From Nitrospirales bacterium (GTDB lineage: Bacteria > Nitrospirota > Nitrospiria > Nitrospirales > UBA8639), in the NCBI GenBank assembly GCA_963555755.3, contig OY820905.2, positions 3,584,001 through 3,648,000 on the forward strand: a stretch of 64,000 nucleotides of DNA, given 5' to 3'. The translations under genes were made by a program, and so were the position numbers. Every line of letters starts with the position of its first letter. Position 1 is the first letter of the stretch. Below the pieces are notes generated by a model. That model ran no database searches, was not told where the DNA came from, and was given only the letters and a program-made list of their open reading frames with translations. Positions 10,411 through 20,713 of this stretch are shown piece by piece.

Positions 10411-12988
10411 CAATGGCATTCGTTTAAGGAATGGGCGGCATTCGTTTAAGGATTTGGCTCATTCGTTTAAGAAACGGATTCCATGTGCTTAAGGGACTTT
10501 CAGATAGAGGCCATCGACCCTGTGGGGTTCTTGGACTGGCTGTTCTTTTTGGGTGGATGCCACGTGGACTCCGGTTTCATGGATGTTCGAGGATAGGATC
10601 GGCCCGGCCTCACCCGTTGGTAGTGACTCACAATGGACTCGAAGGCCCGTTGGACGGCGGTCTGCATCCGAGCATGGAGCACGAGCAGATCTTCGAAGCT
10701 TCGCGCAAACACGTGAAGGCAATGTTTGAAGTTGGTCTTGAATGTCCGCCTCGCCCCGGTGCCGGTTCCAACTATGGACGATCCGGGAGGGGCCATGGGC
10801 TCAGCTGCGGGGGCTTCGGGATTGAGTGCGTGGTCCGCCCGATTGGCGAACAGCCGGTTCATGGTGATCAGGACGAAATGCGCGAAGAGCTCTTGTTTGA
10901 CGCCGCGCTCGGTTTTGGCATGAAACTCCTCGATGAGGAACAGGCGCTTGCTCACCTTGTAGAGTTCCTCGATGCCCCAACGGGCATGGTAGAGATCCAT
11001 GAACTCCTGGAGCGGATACCGCTGCTGGGGGCCGACCAGGGTGGTGCCCAAGCAAAATCGGCTGCCGGCCATCTCATATTTCAGAAGCCGCAGGCTCAAC
11101 GGGATGATGGCGAGATCAGGATAGACCGCCCGGATGTCTCGTTGCGTGCGTGCGGCGGGGAAGAGGGTGACCGTGGTGTCGGTGTCCGGGCCGGCAAAAA
11201 ACTCTTGAATCTCCTTGAACCCGCTGTCTTGGAGACGAAACACGGCGTGGATCCCGGCGGTCCAGTGCTGATGCAGCAGGACGTAGGAGAAATAGCCTCG
11301 ATCGTACACCACGACATCGTTGGGCTTCAGCACAGCCAGGTGCCGCAGGGCGCACCGTCGCTCGTTGCCATGCGCGACGAGGTCGAAATCCCAGGGCACT
11401 TGCGACGTGAGGTGGTAGAGGCAACTCAGCAACCCTTGAGGATAGTGTGCATTGTCAGAGGGCAAGGGGTAGCCACACGCCCGCAACGCGCGGGGCAGTG
11501 TAAGCTTGGAGCCATCGACGGCAAACACCCGATGGCCCAACCAGGTGTCGTTGGAGTCGTGTGGGGCATAGGCGTCCAGAATGTTCCGGTTGACGGACTG
11601 GAAAATGGCTTCGTCCAGTTTGCGACGTGCGACACAAAAGGACGCCGGCGCGATGCTGTGGGGTTGCGGGAGCGCGAGCGCCAGGTTGTCGCAACTGTCC
11701 CACAAGTCATCAATGGTGGTGCCGTAACTTTGGGAGTTGGTTGACGACACCAACCGAAAGATCAACAGCATCAGGATCAGGGAATCGATCACCCGTTTCC
11801 GGACGCGCCACTGGTCATCGTACTGGGCCGCCACGTCGTGGAGGATGTGGACCACCTGTTTCCACCAGGCGACAAACCCTTCCCCGACGGACCGTGTGCG
11901 ACTGGCTCGCACGTCGTTGCGATAGCGTGTCTTCACCGTGACGGCTCGATGCCCGGCAGTCAGGCACGCGCGCCAGTCGGGTTGGAGCGGATAGAGAAAA
12001 ATCTCTTTTGTCGTGGGTGGACGGTCCGACGTTGAGCCAAACCGCCCGCGCCCCTCGGTGTAGCCCACGAAGTGCCAATTGGCCGCTCGATAACAGGTCC
12101 CGGCAAACCGGGAGGGATCGATGAACGTTTCAATCAGCACCGGGCGATAACCGTAGACTTCAACCCAGTCGTCCCCGATCTGCTTGGTGGCCCGCGCCAG
12201 CACATGGCTGGCGAGATTCGGCACGTCAATCCACGGAAAGATCAAAAACCGATCATTGCGCAACACCAATGGCAGGAGCTTCCTCCGGTGCGTCACGTCC
12301 CAGCCAATCCAGTGATCTCTGGGGGCCAGCGCCCAGGCGGCCGAGGCCGAAAACAGCAGACAGCCCAGCGGGTACGGCTGGGCGGCCGATCTCACCAGAT
12401 AGCCCAGCTGGGCCCCGATCGGGTGTTTATAGCCCAAATAATGATAGGTCTGCAGGTAGGCTTTCCAGCTCTCGCGTTCCTCTTTCGAGACCACCCGGTG
12501 CAGGGTAATTGGGGCCACGGCGGCGAGGGTGTCGGTGAGTGGCTCGGTGGGGGGCGGCTCGTGAAACGCAGGGATGGGGTGTCCCGGCGCGCGCTTGTGG
12601 CGCGTGGCCGGCAGAGTCACGATCCCGTGCGCTTCCAGCTCGGTCAGCAAGGTCAAACAGGAATGAATCTTGTTGTGGCCCGTCGGCGTGGTCCAGCTGA
12701 GATGCTCACAGACGGTGAGGGCCAATTCCTTCCGACTCAGGTGGGGGAACAGCTGGACGGTTTCTTGGACCTGCGCCAACTGCTTGCGGGTGAACCGCCG
12801 CCCGCTAAAGGTCGTCTTGGGTAAGGTGTCCACAGTCTTCATCGAGGATAGTCTCTCAGAAGACGGAAAAGAAGTCAAGCGAAAAAGGACACCAGGGCGA
12901 CTTCGGTTCAGAAGCCCTGATCAATCAACCAGTTCCGCTGATAACAGAGAAGGCAGATTGTTCGTTCGAACCAAACCGAATGCCATTG
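10411..12988 (-). mobile_element. IS4-family insertion sequence, copy 1 (2578 bp)
   Basis: IRs CAATGGCATTCG / CGAATGCCATTG; 10-bp TSD GGCTTGGGGG. Confidence 0.93.
10500..12878 (-). CDS. DUF4338-IS4 DDE transposase fusion
   Basis: HTH-like N-terminus, YHYLGY..NLASH..LIETF..GTCYRAANW, then AVDGS, VYDRGY, YHARWGIEELYK (IS4 Y-R-E-K signature). Confidence 0.9.
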   Translation of the reverse strand: MTSFPSSERLSSMKTVDTLPKTTFSGRRFTRKQLAQVQETVQLFPHLSRKELALTVCEHLSWTTPTGHNKIHSCLTLLTELEAHGIVTLPATRHKRAPGHPIPAFHEPPPTEPLTDTLAAVAPITLHRVVSKEERESWKAYLQTYHYLGYKHPIGAQLGYLVRSAAQPYPLGCLLFSASAAWALAPRDHWIGWDVTHRRKLLPLVLRNDRFLIFPWIDVPNLASHVLARATKQIGDDWVEVYGYRPVLIETFIDPSRFAGTCYRAANWHFVGYTEGRGRFGSTSDRPPTTKEIFLYPLQPDWRACLTAGHRAVTVKTRYRNDVRASRTRSVGEGFVAWWKQVVHILHDVAAQYDDQWRVRKRVIDSLILMLLIFRLVSSTNSQSYGTTIDDLWDSCDNLALALPQPHSIAPASFCVARRKLDEAIFQSVNRNILDAYAPHDSNDTWLGHRVFAVDGSKLTLPRALRACGYPLPSDNAHYPQGLLSCLYHLTSQVPWDFDLVAHGNERRCALRHLAVLKPNDVVVYDRGYFSYVLLHQHWTAGIHAVFRLQDSGFKEIQEFFAGPDTDTTVTLFPAARTQRDIRAVYPDLAIIPLSLRLLKYEMAGSRFCLGTTLVGPQQRYPLQEFMDLYHARWGIEELYKVSKRLFLIEEFHAKTERGVKQELFAHFVLITMNRLFANRADHALNPEAPAAEPMAPPGSSIVGTGTGARRTFKTNFKHCLHVFARSFEDLLVLHARMQTAVQRAFESIVSHYQRVRPGRSYPRTSMKPESTWHPPKKNSQSKNPTGSMASI

Positions 12989-13879
12989 GGCTTGGGGGTG
13001 GAGTGTCAGTCCTTGATCGAGGGTGTAGGCGGTGGTGAGGCTGAGCGCGGGGCTGAGGAAGCCGCTGTCAAAATCGGTGCGGGCTATTTCTATGCCGGCG
13101 AGGTTGTCGATGACCCGGCGGTGGTTGTCATGTTGTTCATAGCCGCCGAGTAGCGAGGCGGTGAGGGCTAAGGGGCCGAGGTGAATCTGCGCATAGCCAC
13201 CGACAAAGAGGCTGTCGGTATCGGTGCTAATGGATTGCCGTTCGGTGTCGATGTCAGACTGGGCAGCCCCGCCAAAGACACCGAGACGGGTGTGTTGGAC
13301 GTTGGTGTCGTAGCCGCCCATGAGGCCGGCGTAGTCGTGGTCGTAGGCGAGGGCCTGGCCTTCGGCGCCTCGATGGCGGTGGGCGCCGAAGAGTTGGCCC
13401 CATGCTTGCGAGGGGCGCGGCTGAACCAGGAGGCCGGGCGTGAGTCGGATCGTGGCAAGTTGTATCTTGGCGGGGGCCGGTTGGGTCAGGCGGTGTTGGA
13501 TTTGTTCATGGAGGCCACCAGTGAAGGTCGCGAGGACGGCACTGTGAACGGATTGTCCTGTGGGGTCGACGAGGGTGGCGACGGTGCCGTTGTGTATCCC
13601 GGCAACGCCATTGAGGAGGTTGATGGTCTCGGCATTGTCCAAGGTCAGTGTGGCGGAGGGGTTGGCGCCGTAGATGTTGACGGTGTCGTTGCCACCAGCT
13701 AAATCTATACGGCCGATGATGTGCGAGCCGCGATAGAGATTGAGCGTTTCGGCACCGGTTCCCCCCAGGATAGCGGTGGTGGCGTTGCCGGTGGCTGAGA
13801 TGAGGCCGTGGTTGTAGATGGTGGTGGTGTTTCCGGCCCCGTCGGCAGAAATCCCCACCGCATCGGGGCCGGTGACGTT

Positions 13880-14510
13880 AATGCTGCCGCTGTTCGTTAT
13901 CGTGGCGTTGTCGCCTATTGACCGGATGCCGTGAGCACCCTCACCAATCGTCGAGATGGTCCCGCTGGTCGTTATCGTGGCGTTGTCGGCTTCTGACTGA
14001 ATGCCGCTAGCATTGTTACCCGTCGTCGAGATGGTCCCGCTGGTCGTTATCGTGGCGTTGACGCGTTCTGACTGGATGCCGCTAGCATTGTTACCCGTCG
14101 TCGAGATGGTCCCGCTGGTCGTTATTGTGGCGTTGTCGCCGAATGACTGGATGCCGCTAGCATTGAAACCCGTCGTCGAGATGGTCCCGCTGGTCGTTAT
14201 CGTGGCGTCGTCGCCTCCTGACTGGATGCCGTTAGCACCGTCACGCGTCGTCGAGATGGTCCCGCTGGTCGTTATCGTGGCGTCGTCGCCTTCTGACTGG
14301 ATGCCGCTAGCATTGGTACCCGCCGTGGAGATGGTCCCGCTGGTCGTTATCGTGGCGTTGTCGCGGACTGACTGGATGCCGTGAGCCCCGGTACCCGCCG
14401 TGGAGATGGTCCCGCTGGTCGTTATCGTGGCGTCGTCGCCGAGTGACTGGATGCCGTGAGCATTGCCACCCGTCGTCGAGATGGTCCCGCTGGTCGTTAT
14501 TGTGACGTTG
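13880..14510 (-). repeat. 75-bp (25-aa) tandem repeats in the autotransporter passenger domain, 8 copies plus 1 degenerate
   Basis: GAGATGGTCCCGCTGGTCGTTAT recurs every 75 bp from 13953 to 14478 (DNATITTSGTISTTGxNASGIQS). Confidence 0.95.
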
Positions 14511-15345
14511 TCGGCGGTTGACGCGATGCCGAAACCGCCTGCCACATTAAGCTGCCCCCCAGCCTCGATCACCCCGGTTTCATTGTCGTTGTCGAGCGTC
14601 TGCGTCGTGGTCTCCACCTGCCCCTCGCTAATCGTAAACGAATCTGCCTGGACACGGGCTGTAGCACCCCCTATCACGATTATCAGACAGACACTCAACG
14701 CGGCCTGTGTATATTTCATATTGGGACCTGGCCTCCACTATATCCATTTTATGGATGTTCATTGGACCTATGATGACAATCTACTCCATGTCAAATAAAT
14801 ATATATGAACCGAAATAATAAGGCAATCAATCATTGCTTATAACCATTTTTGCCACCACAATAGGTATTTTTACACTATGGTCGGTCTGCAGGAGTCGCT
14901 CATCGGGCTGAAACCAAAACGGTCCTTCTCAGCCCGCATCTTCATTGAAACTAGAAACGGCAGTTGGGCGCAAAAAAGACGTGGAAGCTATTGGCGTGCA
15001 TGGTGAAATACAAAAAGTCGTGGTCACCTTAGGTCTGTCATTTCGAGTGCAAGGAGAAATCTCTTGGCCCGAAAGAACGTGACCCGGGCGGGAATGGGGG
15101 AGAGTTCCTCGAAGGGTCGAAATGACAACGGACGACGTGTGATACGGGCGAAGCGTAATAGAGTTTAGCCTACCTCCACCAAAATTGAGATTGATCCGGA
15201 ATGTTCAAAAAGGCCGTCCAGTCCTGTCCTGAGCCATGTCGAAGGGAAGGCCGCAGGGCTTTTGGCGAGTGGAGTGTACACGGAGTACGTGAGCACGCCA
15301 AAAGCCCGACCTGCCTGCGCGAAGCCGCTTTCAGCCTTATATAAT

Positions 15346-15577
15346 ACTCTGGAGTTTTTGTGTTAGGGTTTTTCTTTTTATTCATTGTACCGGACTCCGG
15401 GAGCTTGCTGGGTCGAGGACCATTCCGGCCTGAGCCCTGATGAGGCTCATACGAAGACTGTCCCGCCCAGTCAAGGAACGGCGTGAGACGTTCCATAGGA
15501 AGTTGTCCCACTGAGGACCGATATAAGGCAAACGAGCCGTTCGCGCTTCTGGGAAGGGTCCAAGAAAGGAGAGACGG
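15346..15577 (+). ncRNA. Putative IS110 bridge RNA (boundaries approximate)
   Basis: Non-coding left end has two loops whose guides match the target (TTCCGGCCT/TACGAAG) and donor junction (CCATAGGAAGT/ATATAAG). Confidence 0.78.
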
Positions 15578-16801
15578 ATGCCACGGTATTACATGGGAGT
15601 GGATTGGGGCGATGAGCAGCATGGGGTCTGTGTGCGAGAGGAGGCGGGCTCCATTGTGTGGGAGGACCTGGTACCCCACACGCCGAAGGGTTTGCAGGAG
15701 TGGGGACGGCGTTTGGATACCTGGCGTGCTGCGGGGATCGAGCTGTGGGCGGCCATTGAGCGACCCGAGGGGCGGGTGGTGGAGTTCTTGTTGGATCATG
15801 GGGTGGTGGTGTATCCGATGAATCCGAAAGCGCTGGATCGGGCTCGGGATCGCTTCCGTATGAGTCCGTCGAACAGCGATGGCTTTGATGGGCGGGTGCT
15901 GGCCGAGGTGCTGCGAACCGATCATGCCCATCTCCGGCCGCTGCAGCCCAGTTCGGAGGCCGCGCAAGAATTGAAACTCCTCACCCGGGATCATAAGCGC
16001 TTGCAGCAACAACAAACCCGGGGCCTGAACCAACTCACGAGCACGCTGAAGGACTACTATCCCCGGGTGCTGGACCTGTTTGGCGACCTGACCACGCAGG
16101 TGGCCCTGGATTTTCTGCAAACCTATCCGACCCCGGCCGCGTTGACGACAGTGCGGCAGAGTCAGTGGCAGCGTTTTGCGCGTGCGCATCGGCTGGGGCC
16201 GGCGCGCACGGCGGAGTTGTGGGACGAGCTCAAGGCGCCCCAGATGCCCGTCCCCGCACATGTGGTGCGGACCAAGGCCCGGCTGATGGGCGTGCTGGTC
16301 GGCCAGGTTTTGCTCGCTCACCGAGCCGTGCGGGAGTATCACACGGAGATCGAACGTTTTTTCGCGACCCTCCCGGCGGCTGAGTGGATGCAGAGTCTGC
16401 CGGGAGGGAAAAGTGGGACCACGATTCCCAGTGTGTGGGCCGAACTGGGCGATGCTCCGGGCCGCTGGACCTCGTGGGCTCACCTGCAGGCGGAAGCGGG
16501 GACCGTGCCCGTCACGCGGCAGAGTGGCAAAAGTTGCGTGGTGCGGTTCCGCTTTGCGTGTAACAAGTCCCTGCGGCAGGCCATCTGGTGGGTGGCCTTT
16601 CAGTCGCTGACCCAGAGTGAGTGGGCCAAGAGTGACTATCAGCAGTGTCGGGCTCGCGGGCACCGGCATAATCAGGCGATGCGCGCCTTGGGGGCGAAAT
16701 GGCTGAAAATCATTTTTCGGATGTGGCAGCATCAGGTTCCCTATGATGAGCAATATCATGTAGCAAACATGACCAAGCAATACCTACGTGCAACTGCGTA
16801 A
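15578..16801 (+). CDS. IS110 DEDD recombinase/transposase
   Basis: GVDWG, AIE, SDGFD, and C-terminal RQSGKS catalytic serine motif. Confidence 0.95.
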   Translation: MPRYYMGVDWGDEQHGVCVREEAGSIVWEDLVPHTPKGLQEWGRRLDTWRAAGIELWAAIERPEGRVVEFLLDHGVVVYPMNPKALDRARDRFRMSPSNSDGFDGRVLAEVLRTDHAHLRPLQPSSEAAQELKLLTRDHKRLQQQQTRGLNQLTSTLKDYYPRVLDLFGDLTTQVALDFLQTYPTPAALTTVRQSQWQRFARAHRLGPARTAELWDELKAPQMPVPAHVVRTKARLMGVLVGQVLLAHRAVREYHTEIERFFATLPAAEWMQSLPGGKSGTTIPSVWAELGDAPGRWTSWAHLQAEAGTVPVTRQSGKSCVVRFRFACNKSLRQAIWWVAFQSLTQSEWAKSDYQQCRARGHRHNQAMRALGAKWLKIIFRMWQHQVPYDEQYHVANMTKQYLRATA

Positions 16802-17610
16802 ACAAAAAGAACTTGACAACCCCATAGGAAGTCTTCGTAGCTCACTTCGGCGAAGTAGGCTCGGCAGGCAAGGAACGCGCTGGCTGGCCTGCCGAAGCCT
16901 TGGCGAAGGCTGGCGGCCCTTTTGAACATTCCCCGAAAAGGATCGGAAGATCTGGCCAATTCCAGCGCACCCGCAGTAGATCCGTCTCATCTTGGACAGG
17001 CTCCTACGTGCGTCAAGAGCTTGCGCGGACTTTTGTGATCCCACTGCGGTTTCTAAGTTGAACATGTCCGTGGACGAATCGGAGGTACGCTGACAGGGGA
17101 TTTATTGGTGGGCGATGCCCACCCTACCAATTCATATATGGGGAGGGCACGATAAGATCGTGCAGCGACACAAGAAAGAATGCTCATGCGAAGGAGAGGC
17201 AGGGGCAAGAAGTTCCCTGTATTCAGATTGAGATGGCGGTAGGGGTAGAACCATGAATTCTGTATGATCCCCTTTTTTGCGCCCACCTACCGTTTCTAGG
17301 TTCAACCTCATCCGCGCCGGCCAGAAGTCGCATCCTCCTATCGGAATAGGACAATACAGAAGCCTTAGACAGACCTTGCATGACAACGGGAAAGAATTGA
17401 AACGTTGCGGGGAAAGATTTGCGAGATCAGGTGCGGAAGATACGTGGGCGGAAAACGGTCAGTTTGAGGTAGAAGCAAATTTTGGGTCTTCTCCCAACCG
17501 AGTGGGTAGATTTGAGTGAGAAACTTTCTGAAAGGCTTGCCAAGGAAGAGGTTGGTGGGTTTTCTACCGGGAGAACAGTGGCCCAAATTTCTTGAAGCTT
17601 CACGCTGGTC

Positions 17611-17829
17611 CCTCCCCTTTGTAAGGGGAGGATAGGTGCTGGCGCGCCGAAGCGTTTTGGCGAAGGCGTGGGGTAGAGAGCCCGCGACAACGAGGGAGTC
17701 TAGGTATACTGAAAGCCCGGACCGGATTCCACAGCAGGCTGCTGACGTTATGCGGAATCAAGCTGCGGGCTCAAAGGCAACTGTCGCATCCCTCTACCTC
17801 CCCTACCCCTCCTTACAAAGGAGGGGAGT
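17611..17829. repeat. Inverted pair of CCCCT(T/C)..TAAGG/AAAGG..AGGGG palindromic repeats (related single copies near 26588 and 50791)
   Basis: CCTCCCCTTTGTAAGGGGAGG ... CCCCTCCTTACAAAGGAGGGG. Confidence 0.6.
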
Positions 17830-17844
17830 GAAAAACGGCAGAAG

Positions 17845-19935
17845 TTACCCACACGATTTGGAGAAGAGCCCAAATTTTTTTGTCATATCCCCAGCATAGT
17901 AATTGCCCATGTTACGAGGATTTAAATATTCCGCGGCCTCCCGGGGAACATCGCGTGGCCGAAGATTTTGGCAAATGGTGATATCCTCATCATTTTCAAG
18001 ATCAAGAATCTCCGCCTGATCGTTAGGCCCTTCTTCGTTAAACAGAAGAACCAACGGTCGAAGACGATTTTTGAGATTGATGTTGACGACCATCCCAATT
18101 GATTCATTGCTCAGCAACACAAGCGATCCAGGGGGATAGACACCCAACACCCGAACTAATGCCACAACTGCCTCAGACCAAAACACAGCTTTTTGTTTGA
18201 CAAACAAATGGGATAAGGCCTCGGACGGGGTGAGCCGCTTTTCGATATCGGGATCGTTGCATAAATCATCATACCGATCGACCACCATCACAATGCGTGA
18301 GAACACACTAATCGCCTCTTCCCCTTTGAGCCCCATGGGGTAACCCGAACCATCAAGACGCTCATGATGTTGGTAGATCACCGCTAAACCTTCTTTGGGA
18401 AAGCCCGAGAACTTTTGAACCGTGCCTTTTCCATATCGAGGATGTTGACGATACCTGTCACGCTCACCGGCCGTCAGGTTAGGACGTTTCAGAAGAATTT
18501 TTCCAGGGACATTGAGTTCGCCAATATCGTGAAGGACCGCCCCCAACGCCAACATGCGAAGCTCCTCTTCTGTCAGGGCAAACTCCTTTCCGACCATCAG
18601 GCAGAGAGTACAGACATTGAGGGCATGCATAAACATGCCCTCCCCCATCTCATTGGACCTCATCACATTCAGCATAGACGTGGGGGCATCGGGACTCTCT
18701 AATAATGAGCTGAGCGCACTCACCATATCCTTGGCCTTTTGAACGCCTTCGATGTTCCCGACACTCAGGTCATGCATGACCGCTTTACTTTGCTGATAGG
18801 ACTCCTGATAGGCGCGATCAGCTTTTTTAAATCCCTCACAGTATTGGCCAAACACCTCGGTTGGCAATAGCTTAGCCGGCGGACCTTCGGGGATAATATC
18901 TTCCTCACCCCCAGTTTTCGCTGAGGACATAGCTACGACGGCTTCTTCTGGTGTTTCCTGAACCGTCCCTCCTGGTGTTCCTCTTCTCCTCCACTCTCCG
19001 GATCGGACTGCTCGGGATCAAAAAGAATTTCGACCTTCTTCAACTTTTGAAGGGCCGTTAATTCTTTGGTCGTACAAATCTTAGGCTCTTCAGGAAAATT
19101 TGTGGGTCGAGCACCTAACGAATCCTTTCCAAGGCACTGAAAAACCAACGAATTTTCCCACCGGGGACCGGTTTTATTTCGATGCTCATATTCAATTGAC
19201 TCATGGGGAAGTTTCGGATCAGTTGCAATTTTGGTGGAGTCGAGGCCTATGGCGATGACGGACATACTATGCGAGGGGCTCCTGTTCTGACTTAGGCGTC
19301 CAATCCCGTTCCGTTCGTGGTGAGCTTGTCGAACCATGAATGGTACACATTGAAGTTTCTGACCCTTCGACAAGCTCAGGGCGAACGGATTCTGTCAAGG
19401 AAGGTCTGACTCAAGACGCGAGTCTCACTCCACCAAAATTGCGATTGATCCGAAGTTTCCCTCAGGGTCCACAAGCCGATTAAGCCTACGGTGCAGGGGC
19501 TATGGCATGTGGCTTTGTGGGAAACCTCCTGAGTAGCGCCCTTATGGGGCGCGGCCCACCCAGACGACGGAAAGTAACTTGTGAGGCAACTGAGGAGGCA
19601 CAGGAGAGAAGAAAGGCCGAGGTCTGGTGAACCTGAATCCGTCATCCCCGACGTTGGTTATCGGGGATCTATCTTAAGAACGAACCTGGATTCCCGATAA
19701 CAGACGTCGGGAATGACGCGGGGAGGTACCTAGCGCCCTTATGGCGCGCGGCGCACCCGGACGACGGAGGATAGCATGAAGTTACTTAGGAGTTACCTGA
19801 GAAGTACCCACAAATTCTTCGGAGGAGCCAAATCTTAAAGATATTCGTGGGAAACCGATGACTAAACCACGGTCCATTGAGCCTGACATACAGGCCTTTT
19901 CGCAGTGTATCGTGTTGAATAGGAAGGAATGCCAT
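17845..19935 (-). pseudogene. DUF3391/HD-GYP c-di-GMP phosphodiesterase, split by a 746-bp MITE and a frameshift
   Basis: N-terminus MAFLPIQHDTLRKGLYVRLNGPWFSHRF..FKI rejoins CTTKEL across the TSD; second break near 18970; LHDIG, HHERLDGSGYP in 17845-18930. Confidence 0.82.
19084..19829. mobile_element. 746-bp composite non-autonomous element, copy 1 (ISL3-like ends)
   Basis: TIRs GGCTCTTCAGGAAAATTTGTGGGT / ACCCACAAATTCTTCGGAGGAGCC; 8-bp TSD AAATCTTA. Confidence 0.9.
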
Positions 19936-19989
19936 GGGTGCGTGAAGGTTGCCTACATGATGTTAGGGAAAACGAGCATCGGCTCCTTA

Positions 19990-20146
19990 GGGTTCGCGCA
20001 AGAATAACTTCCCCTGTTTGGGCGTCGATCCATCCCGTCTGGCGGCGTTGCTCGTCCTTTCCATACGAGGAGTATGCGCAGTCCTCGCGCCTTGCCAGAC
20101 AGGTGTCTCAGCACCCAAACAGGTGAAGTTATTCTTGCGCGAACCC
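19990..20146. mobile_element. MITE family I (also 29164-29320 and 63955-window end)
   Basis: TIR GGGTTCGCGCAAGAATAACTTC; TTA TSD (IS5-like). Confidence 0.85.
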
Positions 20147-20366
20147 TTAGCTGAGTACGATGAGCAAAATTATCCAGACGAGCCGTCACGTATACTTATT
20201 GTTATCGTATTCACGGAGAGCCAACTTAAGGATTGCAAAAATGAAAGAACCCAACCTGCACAACTATTTCTGAACGGTAGAACCGAAGCCTGGGGGTGAG
20301 AAAACTGAACAGGACCGGTGGGAACAGACATGGCTCAAAACTTGCCGCGAGCTCTTGCGAGAACAC

Positions 20367-20712
20367 GGCCCGTAAAGAAATAAGTAGTACATTTATCCAT
20401 CTCATCTTCAGGCCATCTTTGGCCGATCTTCAATCGAGAAACCTTCAACCTAGAAACCGCAGTTGGATCACAAAAGTCCGCGCAAGCTCTTGGCGCACCT
20501 GATAAAATACAAAAATGTCTCATCACCACCGAGGTGACCACGACTTTTTGTATTTCACCAGGCACCCTAATATCTTACACGTCTTTTTTGCGCCCAACTG
20601 CCGTTTCTAGGTTCAAAATAGCACAACTATTCCTCCGGTTTCTCTCATTCAGATCGACCAAATCTGGCCTAAATCTAAGCGTCTAAATGTACCACTTATT
20701 TCTTTACGGACC
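20367..20712. mobile_element. Diverged MITE family C with MITE B (20449-20611) nested inside
   Basis: TIR GG(C/T)CCGTAAAGAAATAAGT; B flanked by TTCAA TSD. Confidence 0.7.
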
Positions 20713-20713
20713 C

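Larger units (their letters stand above)
10011..14719 (-). pseudogene. Autotransporter/adhesin interrupted by IS4 in the beta-barrel
   Basis: ORF 14719-12989 continues in frame after the IS (QATLAYSIAWYDAYRETG..GRLALEFAL*, stop at 10011). Confidence 0.88.
15336..16835 (+). mobile_element. IS110-family element (CT[T] core at both ends, no IRs)
   Basis: Removing it restores TTTCAGCCTTCGTAGCTC; TATAAT at left end and TTGACA at right end. Confidence 0.88.
14950..17057. mobile_element. MITE family B shell containing a REP/G fragment, MITE A (15198-16933) and IS110
   Basis: Ends ACTAGAAACGGCAGTT / ACTGCGGTTTCTAAG, each flanked by TTGAA. Confidence 0.65.

Noticed and set aside
10431..11744. 437-aa and 250-aa plus-strand ORFs in both IS4 copies
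   Set aside because: Antisense shadows; their recurrence only reflects IS duplication.
10500..12878. Druantia defence system
   Set aside because: DUF4338 occurs only fused to transposases; no DruE helicase or other dru genes are present.
13880..14510. Regular repeats with variable interludes resembling a CRISPR array
   Set aside because: The 75-bp period is in frame within the autotransporter; these are protein repeats and no cas genes are present.
15170..16780. 536-aa minus-strand ORF
   Set aside because: Antisense shadow of the GC-rich IS110 transposase with no recognisable motifs.
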